From assembly GCA_003693705.1 (NCBI GenBank), contig RBZT01000499.1, positions 186,001 to 250,000 on the forward strand: 64,000 nt of DNA. The letters are read 5' to 3'. Source of the DNA: Polymyxa betae A26-41 (Eukaryota > Protista > Endomyxa: Phytomyxea). The translations under genes and the position numbers were made by a program. Below are positions 1 to 13,522 of this stretch, piece after piece; the first letter of the stretch is position 1; each line of letters begins with the position of its first letter. A model generated the notes under the pieces. The model worked only from the letters and a program-made list of their open reading frames with translations, had not been told where the DNA came from and searched no databases.

Positions 1-1953
1 CGATCTGAGCAAAGGTAATGTCCGCAAAAGCGAAAAAGAACTCTTGAAAAAGTTTACAGGATCTTCAATCTGAACAGTTCAGCGTTTTGATCAGTGTGAC
101 ACCTCAACCACTAACCTTGATACTGCTCCCAAGCTGGACCAAAGTCATATTCTTTAGCTTCTCATATGAATCAGAGAGCTTTAGGTCGTCATCGGTAAGC
201 TGAAGACACGTTTCATCGTTAGAACTCAATGTTTATCATTTTGTGCATGCTTGACATACCTTTGAATTGAATTGCCCCATTAAAGAGTCGAAAATGTTGC
301 CAGAGAACACTGCAAAACTGATCCATAAAGTCACTAAATGCTGATGCCTCTCATTTAACTGGATCTCGTTGGCGAGAAAGTCATCAAAAATGCATCCAGC
401 AAAATCGTCTTCAGACAAGTACATTAGTCAATGACCTTCATCTCAAATGCTCTCTTACCTATAAACATCCTTATTTGGCGGCAAAAAGACACAGGATCCT
501 CTGCTGTCAAGTCAGGCTGACTCCCAGTAAAAGCGGATATCGATTGGGCATAAGGGTGCGTCGAATTTGAAGCTAGAGAATTGTTGAAGAAGTTTTGCAT
601 ATGCAATTCTCTTTCAACTCCATCGCTCTTGGCAACTTTATCCAGGAAGAAAACATCTCTAAACGCAATGGTCAATTCCTGTTACTTAAGGTTCATTAAT
701 TCGGTTGTACCTCTGAAGCACTTCATTGGAAATCCGACGCAAGACAAACACAGCTTCAGAATTACCGGCAACAATGACTTCCGACGTGGCTAAAAGAATA
801 GATATATTTACAAGATCAATGCGTCCAATGGGGTGCGAGATGTCGTCAATGGTAAAGACACCGATATGATCGCGAAATGATACAAACAGTAAACTGTCTT
901 GAACACAAAGCGCTATCGGTGTTCTACACGACCCGTATTGAAGGATTCTCATCAGTACATAACAAAAAATATATATACCTATATTCACCCCAGTTTACTC
1001 TTGAATGGATGTTAATTCCTGAACATTGGAATAAAAATTGAGCAACGAAATAGGAATGCACCCATACCGTCAGGTCGAAAAGAAAAAGATAATGCGTTAG
1101 TACTACTGGATAATATGGTATGTGCCGAGTTGACGCTCACATTGAATGCAGGACCGGATTCAAACAGCCTAAATAAACTGTCAACAGAAAGCTTCGATAA
1201 ACTGTTATCTGAAAGACTACAAGCCCACCAGAGAGAGTTAACATGACCCGAATCCACATCGACCAGAGTGAACTCCCTGTCGAATCCGACGCAAAGTTTT
1301 CCACAGATCCAAGAGAGTGACACTGGAGCACCAGGAACAAAGAGCGCTTTTTTCTCAACAGAAAGTCAGCATTGACTTTTGAACTTCCTGCTGACACTAA
1401 CTGAGGACCGAAAGGTTTTGGAAGCGTTATCAAATTCGCAAAACGTCAGCTGCTTTCTGGTGGCCGTGATGATTTCGACTGACCCAAAAACCGGCCGGGT
1501 AATAAATCTGACGGCGTTGCTGACAAGGACCCCGTTCTCCTGGACAGGAACGACACCGATATGGCCGAACGATGCCAGCGAGAATACATGAATGACTCCC
1601 TCTAGAGAATTGTGAGCCAAGTTAGGGAGCGGCCATGATGACTATACCACTCAGTGCCAAAATGACATGGACTGACTCGAGTACAGTCAATTGTGTTACA
1701 GGGCCCTGCCTCCTTCCAATTGCGCTGAGACATCCTCCAGATTTCAACAAACCATATTCAATCTGTATGAACGAGTTCTTTAGCCACGGGTGAGAAGCCT
1801 GGGGAATGCAGACCTTGTGGCACATAATCTGACCTGATCGAGTCCCGAGCAGGACAAGACCGCTGGTCGCCGCCGTTGATGTCACTTGGGTCTGCTTCGG
1901 TAGGACCTGACGGCTGGTCGCCATCCAGGCTCTGTGATCCTGATCTGGCGTCA
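1..1953 (-). CDS. CNH-domain protein, Vps39/TGFBRAP1-like (3' end outside window, multi-exon)
   Basis: Chain of minus-strand ORFs joined by ~50 nt introns. N-terminal beta-propeller-like segments (LVLLGTRSGQI, SLSWICGKLCVGFDREFTLVDVDSG, FRDHIGVF) resemble CNH domains. Assignment is from motif memory only. Confidence 0.45.
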
Positions 1954-2399
1954 TGGCCAGAAATGGTCTCGCGGCCAAACTAATGGTGCAGGGTTCAGGT
2001 TCTGGGTTCGATCTCGCTCCGCGATCGCTTGGCCATTGGAGTTCCAGGTACCCGTTAGAAAATGTTTTTCGTCACTCTTTGACGGGGTGTATCGCCTGGA
2101 GAAAGAGAAATTTCAGAGAAAGCCCGCTCTGCGTCGTCCATCTTCACAATTTTTGAACTTTGCAGGTTCCGATTGCATTCATCAAGTATAATTCAAATTG
2201 CAAATGCAAGTATGAAGATTGTAAAGCCATCACTGCATTCCAAGCGTCATCGGCAGAGCCTTTCTTTCAGCATCGACCCCGGATCGACATCATTGCAGTT
2301 TCTCTGAATACATACTGTCGCCGCTCTCATTTCAACTCTATTCTGAAACCACACATACTGCTGGCAATATTTCCTACAAATTTATCTTATATCTAATTA

Positions 2400-4674
2400 T
2401 TATTGTGGCAATATGCATTCTTCGTGTAAATCCGGATGCAGTAAACTGTAACGAGCTCGCTCCAAATAATCTCTGATACCTTCACCGTTTTCGTACCCTT
2501 TTTGAATGGACTGATATTTAGCCCGAATCGCAGTCATTAGTCCCTGATGCTTGAGTTTCTCCTTCCGAACCTGCTCGATCTCCTCTCTGATCTCATCGGG
2601 TGTCTGATCGAAAGCAATCTGTAGAGACTTCAGTTGTTCTCGAGCGCCTGCCATCTGCTCCTCCATTCGCAATCGCTGCGTTCGCTCGGCGTCGTATTGG
2701 TCTGTTTTAGTTTGAAGTTGCTTCTCGAAGTTGGATTGGTTAGCGGAGATCTCGGCCCGCTTTTGATTGATCTTCGCCTGAATCTCAGCCAGCTGCTGCC
2801 GCTCGCCAGCCAAACGCTTATGCAATTCATCGCGAGCCGCTTGCTGCGCTAAACGCCAGTGCATTTTCTCATCATTGATAGCGGACAGTTGTTCCATGGC
2901 CTGGTTGACTTCTGCCTTCTCATCGGTCAGACGGGCGAACATATCCTCCAGCCTGAGGATTTCGTCTTTCAGCTCATCGATGTGTTCTTTGAGTTTCTTC
3001 GGGACCTACGCGATAACGATAACACTTCAGCATCAAAATATCCATTCAGATTTTGAATTGAAACACAAAAACCAAACAAAGATCAAACAAAATAGTTCAT
3101 CTCGTGAAATAATGTGACCTGATTACGTATATGGTTGAGATTCCTCCTGCAGATTTGGCGAATGCGAGCTAGTTTTGCATGCTCTAAGCGGTTGCCACGG
3201 AAATCAGCGGTCGTGATCGAAGTGTTGCCCTGCAGTTCATCAACGATAATCTGGCCAGCAGAATTCGACACAAAGTTGTCTCGAAGGCGTAGGACACGCA
3301 GCTCTATATCCTTATTGCTACTGATAGCGGTGGCGATCGCCACAGCGCCGTCGTCGGAGATTTTACAGGAACTTAGGTCGAGAGCAATCAGCGACGTGGT
3401 ATTCACCTGAACAGACATTCGAGTTCAGGTTTACATTAATGTCGTCAAGACCATCGAACCAGGGCTTCAGCGAGGTGGATGGCGGCCACATCGCGAATGT
3501 CATTCGCCGAGAGGTCTAAAACGGTCAGGACGCGGTTGTGAGCAAGAGCCTGGGCCAGAGCCAGACCGCCGCTCTCATCGAAGCGATTCGCGCCGAGATG
3601 CATCTGAATCAGATGCGGGTTCTGTGCCAGGACAGCGGCCAGGGCTCTTGCGCCTTCATTATCGATGCCGTTCCCAACCAGGTTAAGAACTACAAGAGAG
3701 GTGTTATGCATCAGGGCATCTGCCAGATCCGGTATGGCTGGGCCTAAGGCATTCCCTGCCAGATCCAGTGATACAAGCGTCGTATTCGATGACAGCATTG
3801 ATGCGATCGATCTCGCCTAAAACCCAAGTCAGATTCGCGGATCGGTATGGCCAGCGATGTCGGCGTACAGCTTCGGCTCCGATTCCATTGCCGACCAGGT
3901 GCAGATGGCGCAGAGCGCGGTTTCGCGCCAGGGCGTCGAACAGGAGCTGGGCACCGCGCAACCCGATGCGATTACGATTCAGATCGAGATGGGTGAGGAC
4001 CAGGTTAACACGGAGGACCTGGGCCAGGGCGCCGGTATCCCGGTCGCCGATCTGGTTGTCGGCCAGGCGCAACGAGATCAGGCTGAAGCTGCGCGCCAGC
4101 TGGTCGCAGAACCAGCGCAGGCCATCACCGTTGATGGCGTTCCGATCTCGTGGGCCACCTCCGGTGCCCCCATCATTGGACAGGTCTAGGACAGCCAGCT
4201 GACGCAGCTGGGCAAGAGAACGGCCCAGTTCGCGGGCGCCATCTGCTGAGATTCGGTTTGAGGCCAGATACAGCTCTTGGAGGCCGGGATTGGTCTCAGC
4301 GATCTGCAGCAGGGCGACGATGGCGCAATCGTCAATAGCTGCGATAATGATGAATGGTTGTTATAGCGCCATTGCTAAACATACCATTCTCGCTCAAATC
4401 GAGGACGCGCAGGCGCCCATCTGGGACCGCTTTCGCTAACGCTAGGCTGGCATGAAGCCCGATTCGACATTGCCGAAGCAGAACAGCATCGGAATCGTCT
4501 AGTGGACGAAATCAACACAATACTCCAGTTGATAATGCAATGTTTGTTACTAGAGGGACGGTCGGCTATCAGGCGGTCCTTCAAGGCGTTCAAAAGCGTG
4601 GGCGATGGCCGCTCGTCGTTATCTTTACAGATTCCCGGATATATCTGTTCAGTGATTTGCATCAAGTTTTCCAT
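2400..4674 (-). CDS. RNI-like leucine-rich repeat protein with C-terminal coiled coil (LRRC45/NLRC3-like repeats)
   Basis: Repeated LxxLxLxxNxIxxxGAxxLA units in ORFs 3083-4072, and a heptad-rich coiled coil in 2400-2942. Confidence 0.75.
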
Positions 4675-5728
4675 TTGTCTATCTGAACGTGATGGTTTCA
4701 GCACGGGCTCGACCCTAGTTCATCCTTGGTAATCGCCAATAAACCCTCGGCGTACGCTGGAACGATCGCAAGCGTGGAAAAGTTTCGAATTTCTTCAAAC
4801 ACATTTGCGATTTTCTGGTGTCCAGGGGTCGGCGCTAGTTCAGCGAATGACACCATTGCCTCTTACCATAATGAACTGCCATAGGACGAATTCTCAAGTG
4901 GGTTCAAAAGGCGAAGGTGTAGATTGCCGAATCTGTGGTAGAAAAAGAGAAATGACGCCATTTATCGGCATAGAAAACTCCACGATTCAGAGTGGAAACA
5001 CATATATAACAAAGTCAATAGGGTTAAGCGGAGACAATATAAGAAGGAATGGCAATAGAAGAACGAACCAAACCCTGATTATAAAAAATGAAAACCCAGT
5101 TTAGACCAGACATGACAACATATAAAATTTAAATCAAATTTAAGACATAAATATGAATAAGTCATCTCAAAAGAAGTAGAAGAATATTTAAAGTCTATTC
5201 AATGATCACAATGATCTTTCAGAAAACATCGTCTCGCATCATGCGAATGGACATATTAAGCTCCAAATTAAGTTCTATTCACCCAGACGATGCCATGTGC
5301 TTAGTCTTCCATAAACACATTCGGATCTGGTATTCGCATCGGGTTTCCCACCAAAAGATTGTTCTAAAAAAGCTAATCGACAGAATTCGGCTTCTTGGAG
5401 AACGTTCTATGCGACTTGTCGAAGGATATCTTTCGCTTCGTCTCGCCACCATCGCTCTGAGGCCAAGATCGATCGCGGAAAATAGAGGCTCCTTCGCTTA
5501 GTGTGAATTATGAGTTTTCAGCGAAGGCTTGTTTGCGCTGCAGTAGTTTGTCCATCTGATCATGCAGTTAGGGCTATCGCTTTTTTGGGCTCGAACGCCC
5601 TGATTGAGGCGACAAACAAAGAGATATTGGCTGCCTGTTCCGTCACGCAGTCCGACAGTTTCTGTTCCTTTTTGTCTATAAAGGCTCGCTTTCAGGCAGC
5701 GACATCGTCATCGCTCCCGAGAGTCGGT

Positions 5729-8700
5729 ATGTCTGCGACCGACGTCTCCAACGATTTCGCCGAGCCCGCTGTTGTCGACGGTGGGATTCAGGATCCTGTG
5801 ACTCCGCGTCCGGCTCCGCCCAAACGTCGGCGCGGTGTCGATGGCCTGCCGGAACGCATCGAAGTCCGTCTGGATCAGCCTTTGCCGCCGCCGCCTTCGT
5901 ACGGCACGATCGTCACCCGGTGGACGATATCTCTGACCCGCCTGCAGATACAAAGACAAGCGCTATCATGGAAAGCGAGGACGGGCTGACGAAGGCTATG
6001 AGCGAGCGCCAGTATCGGCAGCAGCTGCTACCGAAGATAATCGTATGCAGCTGACACAGTATATAGCCAGGTATGAACCATCATTAGCTGCTTGTCCTTG
6101 GACATAGAGGCGCTCCTAGAGCTCCAGATACTGCTTTATGTTTTCAATCATCACTTCATCGTCCGTTTATTGGCTTGTGCGGGGTTGTTCTTCTGCTTTC
6201 GATGCTCTTCCAACCTCTGTCTTTCTCCACATGAATGAATCATTTTTTTTGGGGGGGGGGGCGCTGTTCTGTTACACCATTTGAATTATTGCGCTCTTCT
6301 CTCAATTTGCTATTCGATATCTGATCCCAATGACGGCTGTATCTGTTTTAAGCGGTGGCTTAGGCTGGCCGACCAAGAGGACGCCCAGCTTCGAGACGAT
6401 GACCTGTTCGACATGTCATTCGTTCTGGTTCGCGACTTGCGCGATAATCGCGATCAGGTGATCGGAATCCTGGTGGAATGGTTCGAGCGCTTTGCGGTTC
6501 TTAGCCTTTCACTGAGACAGTTTTCCAGCGGCATCGCCATGCCTTTGAAACAGATGTTCTATGCAGCACTAATCGCTCTTCTGGCAAATAACGATGCCAC
6601 AATCGCTGCTGATGTTGCCGACTGCATTTCGTTCCGTCTCAAACAAGCGATTGATGCCTCTGATGAACGGACCGTTCGCATGTACTTCTTGTTTATCTCC
6701 AGCCTCGTTGATGTCAGTTTGAACCCGACTCCTTCGGTTTTTTGAAATGCTTTATACTGAAACTATTTGCAGATGAATGTATTTGTTGCCGCCGACCTTG
6801 TTGCCAACCTGATCGAGCTAGTAAAGCTCGGGATAACTGCCGGGCCCGGATCTTCCCAGGGAGACTGGGCCGTCTATACCGCTATCTCGACATTAGCCCG
6901 GTGTAGTCACCGTAATTTTCACTTTAAATTTTTTCCTGTGTTTCACTATTATTTGAAGTTTATGATCCTTCCATTTGATGTCTGTCCATGCGGGAACGCT
7001 GGTTCTTATCAACAGGAGTTTTGAATGAATACAAAATTTTCTTTCATTATGTAAATTCCAAGAATGCTTTCAGTCAATTTTTCTTAATTTCTTGGACCCA
7101 AAAGATGGTGCTTCCGCTGTTCGCTTAGTTTCGCTTCTTGTTGCTGCGAGATTTATCGTGATTTGACTGGTTTTGTTCAGGCGTATTCGCGGAAGAGTCG
7201 GTTTGGCATTCATTACGCGACTATTTTCTGTCTCGTTCAGAGGTACCGGGTCTGCTGCCTTCTGTGTCCCGACTTTCGTGTCTACGACCCGATTTTGCTG
7301 CCGATTTCCGTATGGACCGTGATCCACTCCAGATGATGTACACCGAACTGCTCAATGCGAAAGCTGCCGATAAACCCCGGGCGCGATTCAACATGATTCG
7401 TATGCCCAGCTCCAGAATTACTGATCCGTTTAAGAGGTGCCTTCCTTTTTTTATTTGCGAATTTGCTTCGCTATTTTTCTGTAAACCTGCCATGAAGAAA
7501 AAAGAAAGTTGTGATCCTGCCGGTGTGCGAACTGACATTTCTAGGTGCGAGCCGTGCCCTTTTGCTTTCCGATTGGCCACGATCGGTACGTGCGGTTCTG
7601 GATGGCTATCGCCATGTCGCCTTATGATATACACCGATTCCGCCCATGATCAGCCTAAAGAAGGTTTGACTGGCCTCGATGCTTTTATCTTGGAACAGCA
7701 GGTCGGATACGGTCGTTTGCGTAAGATTTTCATTGCGAATTTGATTTGTCGCTGTTATAGATGATCGACCAGCTTTACATTTGGCATGAAGGCGGTCGTG
7801 AGTCCCTGATGATGTTGACAGAAAGGGCTCAGCAGTTCCATGCACAGGTAACGTGCTATGCATTCCTCTTTGCAACGCTCATTTGGAAGCCCTTGTAATT
7901 TTTCGCATTCGGACGTTTCTATCATAACTCATTCTCCATATCATAGCAAATGCTGGTTGAGACCATTCTCTCGCAAATTCTGGACGCAAATCCTTGCTCG
8001 TTGCCTGCCATTTACTGGCGCAGCTTAACGATCTGGGCGCTGAGAACCTGCCCTCCAATGGCCGCCTTCCTTGGACGATCCGTGCACAAGATTTTCCAAA
8101 ATATCCATAAACTCACGCTGGACGGCCTGGAACGCCTCGGTTCGTTTGGCGTCGTTGGTTTAATTGTTGTGACTGATCATTTATTCAGCAACCTGGTTCG
8201 GATACCACCTTTCTAATACAGGGTTTGAATGGCCTTGGGCGGCCTGGGAACTGGTTGCGTCCCATGATATCAGCAACCCCCAGCGATATTTTGTGGAAAT
8301 GGCTTTGCACCAAGGTCTGTATCCGGCATCGCCATATAAATCCTAATTTTCAAATATTTAAACGTGGGCAAAGTTCTGCTGTTCTTGAATAATTCTGTAA
8401 CTTATCGAGCTCTTCCCAATTTTTTGAGTTGATCTCTGTTGGAATGTTTCGGAGACTTTGATGCCAGTGCATTTCAATTTTGCTTTTAAACAACTCTTCT
8501 GTTAGCCTTTTTGTTTCGAAACCAACCGTCGCTTTGCAATGTAGGCGTGCGCCTAACCTACTATGACTGTGTTGACCATGCGCTATCATCGACTCCGGGG
8601 TTATGCGCTCTGCTGCCGAGCCCCTTACAAGTGCCTTCTTTTGAAATCAATGAAGAGCAGCGTGATGCTGTTTGCAGCGTATGGCTTATGCTTTTTCTGT

Positions 8701-9596
8701 TCCCCGACTAACAATTCTATAGCTAATTCAACAAAAAAAGCCATTTTCAGAAATACTTGAACTCGCCGGAAACGATCTGGAGATGGCAGTGAAATGTGTC
8801 CTCTGGCAGGGCCAGAAAAGTTACAGGTTGGCCTGAGGTGTGCTTCTCATCGGTTGTACTTATTGCCTTCTGCAGCCATCTTTTCAGTAGGCTAAGAATT
8901 TACGAGTCTGATATCGGAGGCGCTCTGCAATCTCTTGAAGCCCCATCGCAATTCGTCGGCTGGATCGCCGATTTTTGGGCGTCATCTCCGCAGCATATTT
9001 ACGTTGTCGTTGATCGATTTCTTCGCCATTTCATTTTGAATCCGGAACATGTTGTATCATGGTAATGTTTTAGTTTCGAAGCGTTCTGAAAATTCTAATT
9101 CTTTGCCGACGAAGGGTGTTCTCTGTTTATGGTTCTACCAGCATGCCCGATTACGGCTTATTCAACCTTCTGCATAATGCCATCGATTTCGGACAGGTTC
9201 CTAGGTTGAATCTTGTTGTATCGTTCTAATGAAGCTTGTCTAGAATCATTTCGATGATACGATGCTATCGGATTTGCTGATCCTGACAATCCAAAACTTC
9301 TCCCAACTGGTTATGTCGTTTCCCGATAAAGCCGACATCATCCTCGACCGATTTCAGATATTCATACGCCGCTTCCCAAAAAGCCTTTCTCGGTTTCGTA
9401 CGGTGATCGCCAGCGAGGCATTTGTCGAGGAATGCAATAAGCTACGGTCTTTGTTTAATGATGAGGTACTCCTCAGGTTTATCATTTTTGTGGAAGAATT
9501 TCATTTTCCCCTTAGAGTACCATCATGAAAAATTGTTTTCCTGAACCTATCGAGACAAAAGTCGAAATGGAAGATGAAGTCTATAATTCTGAATAA
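5729..9596 (+). CDS. NCBP1: Nuclear cap-binding protein subunit 1 (CBP80), MIF4G-like domains, multi-exon
   Basis: Motifs MPLKQMFYAALIALL, MLVETILSQIL, WFGYHLSNTGFEWPWAAW (cf. HHLSNFxFxWxWxxW of CBP80), FWASSPQH. Confidence 0.75.
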
Positions 9597-9622
9597 TATC
9601 ACTTTAGGAATAAATGCTGCCT

Positions 9623-10811
9623 TTATGTAATATCATATTTATTGTCAACTGGTGTCTGTTCATAAAGCTCATGTTGGCTCAGTGCTGCCAGATCTGACAA
9701 TTGTATTCGACCATCGTTAAGCCCCATATCGAGAGTCCTGTTCGTATCTCTATCGTACTTTTCAGAATGGCAAAGTTCAATTCCACTTTTGCCACTCCCG
9801 TTCCTACTACAGGATGGGTCTCGCAGATCGAGTTTTGTGACCAGTTTTCTCGAGCCCTCACTTTCTTTATGAACTGCTCGCAAACGGGAGCTTCTTTCTT
9901 TCTGATGGTGTCTTCCGGGATTTGAGGCTCTCGTCTGGGGATCTAATCCATGACGCCAGCTTGTTTCTTGTTGCGAGATAGAAGCGCCAGGTTGGTAATT
10001 CAGTGAACTGAAACGTGATTGGGAAATGCTGAATTCTTTTCCAAAGTCTGTTCTTGATGCCAAAACAACTGATTCGTCTTCACATAAACTTTCATATGTC
10101 GTCTGTCTGACAGCGCCTTTCTCCTCCTCCAGTTCTGATTGCGAATTCCCACTCTTCTTTGTATCATTCCTACGTTGGGTTGCTGATTCTTCGGTATATG
10201 AATCTGCAGTTTGAAAATCAGCAAAGGACAGTTTATCTGTGATCTCCAACCTGGCTCATGGTCGACCTCTGATAATCTCTCGCGTACTGTGCGACAGCCT
10301 TCATTTTCATCATTCGTTCGATTCTCCAATTTGCCTTCTTGGTTGGATTCTATAAATGGCCTGTGAGGTCGGCGGCCTCGAGATCGAGGAGGCGCTTCCG
10401 TCGGTGGTTTCGGTGGTTGCAAGGCTGCAATCTTCTCTTGAATCTTCGTGATTGCTTTGGGGACATCATAATCTGCAAGCCTTCTCATAAATTCATATCT
10501 TGCTGGATCCTGCATTGCCAACTATTAAACTCTTTGAATAGGTTGAATTTGTTGCAACCTTTTGAGGTACAGATAGAGCAACATGGAGTCGCTCTAATTC
10601 GGTTTCGAATTGCGACAGTTTCGAAATCCAGAGTCCAAGCTTATCTGCCGACATGTGCAGACGAACTGCCTGCCTTTTTGATCATGGCATCGGACAAGTC
10701 ACAGAATCAAGCCCGAACCTACGTGTTAGATGCCCATACGTATTGCAAACCTGCAATAAATGGCTCAAGCTTCGTGTTCGTTACAGGCAAGCATAAATGC
10801 TGATCCAACAT
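9623..10811 (-). CDS. Hypothetical protein (short helical N-terminus, long disordered C-terminus)
   Basis: ORFs 10000-10521 and 9623-10249 plus upstream GT-AG-bounded exons; no recognisable family. Confidence 0.4.
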
Positions 10812-11096
10812 AAAAAGTATTGCAGCGGCAGCAAATGCACGATGCTTTCCAGTTATGGCTAATGGTGAAAAAACTCACTTACGTTTTATAAAATCGCTTT
10901 CGTAAAAATATATTCAAAAGAATAATCAAGAGAGCCGATCTTGTAAAAACCTGGCGAGTTTTTGCAAACAAATTTTATACAGGCGACGAAGCAGACCAAA
11001 TTGCTTGAAGAAGTTGTAAATTGAACCGTCTAACAACGGGCATTCGAGAATGATTGTGGACTGATCGGAAGTCGTCTGGTCCATCTAGCTCGGGCA

Positions 11097-13438
11097 ATGA
11101 TCGCCCTAATTGGCAGTGACAGCAATGACGAAGACGGCCATGTCACTATACAAATGGGTGACATAAACGTGGACAAGGAGGAGGCCTCCACCCCATCACC
11201 CCATCAGCAGGCACCATCAATACAATTCGATAGGGTTCAGGTTCAGTCAACTGCTCTTCGCAGACCTTTATCATCATCGTCTTCGACATCATCTCCGGCC
11301 ACTGTACGTGACGAGGAGTCGTCTTCGTCGTCGCAGTCGTCTATGGATCACGGATTCGAAGAAGACCAGGTTGGGAGAGTGGCTTCCTGGGTCTATTACT
11401 GCCATTTGATTCTGGGAGCAGGTTGAGCGTCTTGTCCATCAACCTGACGGCCAAGACGATGACCAGCCGTTAGTTCAAAAATCGGCATCGCCGCCAGTTC
11501 CCATCCTGCATGATCTCAGCAGCATCCTATTGCTTATATTACTCTGTCAAAACCATTTTCCTTCTCTTGATTTTCTGTGCTCATAATTCTCTAGATACAA
11601 TTCAGGGTGTGCCATTAGGATTAACATTCGGTAATATTGTTTTTGCCTATGTTTCGGTGTGGAATTGACACATAATATGCAGGAAGTGTTCCCTTTATGC
11701 TGCAATCTTCATCCTCATACACCGAAATTGGCATATTCAGCTTTGCTTCTTATCCCTACAGTTTGAAACTATTATGGTCCCCAATAGTGGATTCTGTTTA
11801 TTCGCGCAAAGTACTATCCATTTTATATCGTTTTTTCATTGCTGACTGCTGATTAGATGGGAATGAGAAAGTCGTGGATCATTCCCATCCAATTTCTGGT
11901 CGGATTCATCCTCGTAGGCTTTTGTGACACGTGAGAAATTGCCATGAGAGCTATTCACCCCAATCATTTTGCTGCATCAGGATTGAAAATTATGTGACAG
12001 GAGCCACAGCTAGCTCCCATGAACAGAATATTCGGGTTTTGACGCTTTTGTTCTTTATTGTCGTGCTGCTGGTTGCAACTCAAGATATTGCAGTTGATGG
12101 TATCTTGCGTTTGAAACCGGTTAGGGTAGAAAATTTTTAGAGAGCCTTTTTAGGGTGGGCGCTGACAATGCTGAGCAAATCAAACCGGGGTCTGGCATCG
12201 ACCTGCCAATCAATTGGACAAAACATCGGTTTCTTTATGAGTTACACGATATTCCTGGCTTTGAGTTCGGCTTCTTTCTGCAACAAGTGGCTCCGTTCCC
12301 AACCTTGTGAGGCCTTATAGTGCGAGTAAATAGCGACTATTGATTGTTTTTAGCCTCGGTGGGCATCACTTCTCTATCTTCATATGTTCGCTTCTGGGGC
12401 TGGGTCATGATAATATCGACACTCTTGATCTGGGCGCTGAAAACTGAAAAAAGAGCGAAAACTAAGAAGACCCTCAAGTCTGTGTATGAGGCGATTTGGA
12501 AAATCATTCAACTACCAGCGATGCGATCGCTTTTGATCGTTCTGTTGACAAGCAAGCTTGCTTTTAGGTACAGCTAAAATATTTTACATAGCTACCATTA
12601 ATTACTGATCGCAGTGGTGCTGATAATGTCACTATACTTAAACTGGTTGAAAAGGTTAGTTTTTATCTTTTGCCTTCCTTCACCAATATGCTTTAACTGA
12701 TACCAGGGGTTTCCTCGCGAGACGATGGCTTTAATGGTGTTCATTTCATTCCCTTTTGATGTGATTCTACCGGTAATCATAAGCCGATGGGTGCGAAAGG
12801 AAGGCAATGCTCCTCTGCATGCTTATTTAATAGCATATCCAGTTCGCATTCTCATGACTCTTCTTGGCGCTGCTCTAGTTTATATATTTCCTGTTTGTAA
12901 CTCCTTCATTGGTTCGGCATTATTTTAAAGATATGTATGCTAGGCTAAAGCAGAAGACCACACGTTTACGCTTTATGCAATGGCATTCATCGTTCAGGTT
13001 CGTTGCTGTCGAAATATGTTGCAACAGTTAAATTAATTACAGGTGTTGTACTCATTTACGTCCAATACTATGTTCGTTGCGTTGTGCACCTTTTTTGCAG
13101 AGATTGCCGATGTGAAAATTGGGTGGGGTCTTAGAAAGGAAATTTGCCATCCATGCTGAAAGTTTTTCAGTGGGACCTACATGACTCTCCTCAATACTGT
13201 TACAAACCTTGGTGGAACCTGGCCAAAATTCTTTGTGCTTTTCTTAGTAGACTGGTTCACCGTCAAGTCCTGCATACCTGATTCTACATGTACTGTTGTC
13301 CGAGACGGATACTATACGATTTGTCTTCTTTGTGCAATGTTCGGGATAAGTTGGTGGGTTGTTATGAGATCCAAGATCAACGCAATTCAGAATATGGATA
13401 AGAACGAATGGAGAATACAGACCGAGAAACACGAGTAA
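11097..13438 (+). CDS. SLC33A1: Acetyl-CoA transporter 1 (AT-1/SLC33A1, MFS), multi-exon
   Basis: QGVPLGL, YPYSLKLLWSPIVDS, RKSWIIPIQ, ATQDIAVDGWALTML, GTYMTLLNTVTNLGGTWPK. Confidence 0.9.
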
Positions 13439-13522
13439 GAAATCACTGTCCAAATAAATCATGTCAATTCTAGAGCCACTTGATATCTGAACTGTTAATT
13501 TATGATTGTTCCCGATCCCGAG

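Noticed and set aside
4805-5500. Short ORFs in an A-rich intergenic region
   Set aside because: No motifs or splice structure; likely divergent promoter/intergenic DNA
6243-6261. T8-G11 homopolymer run
   Set aside because: Intronic simple sequence, possibly a sequencing artefact; no further structure
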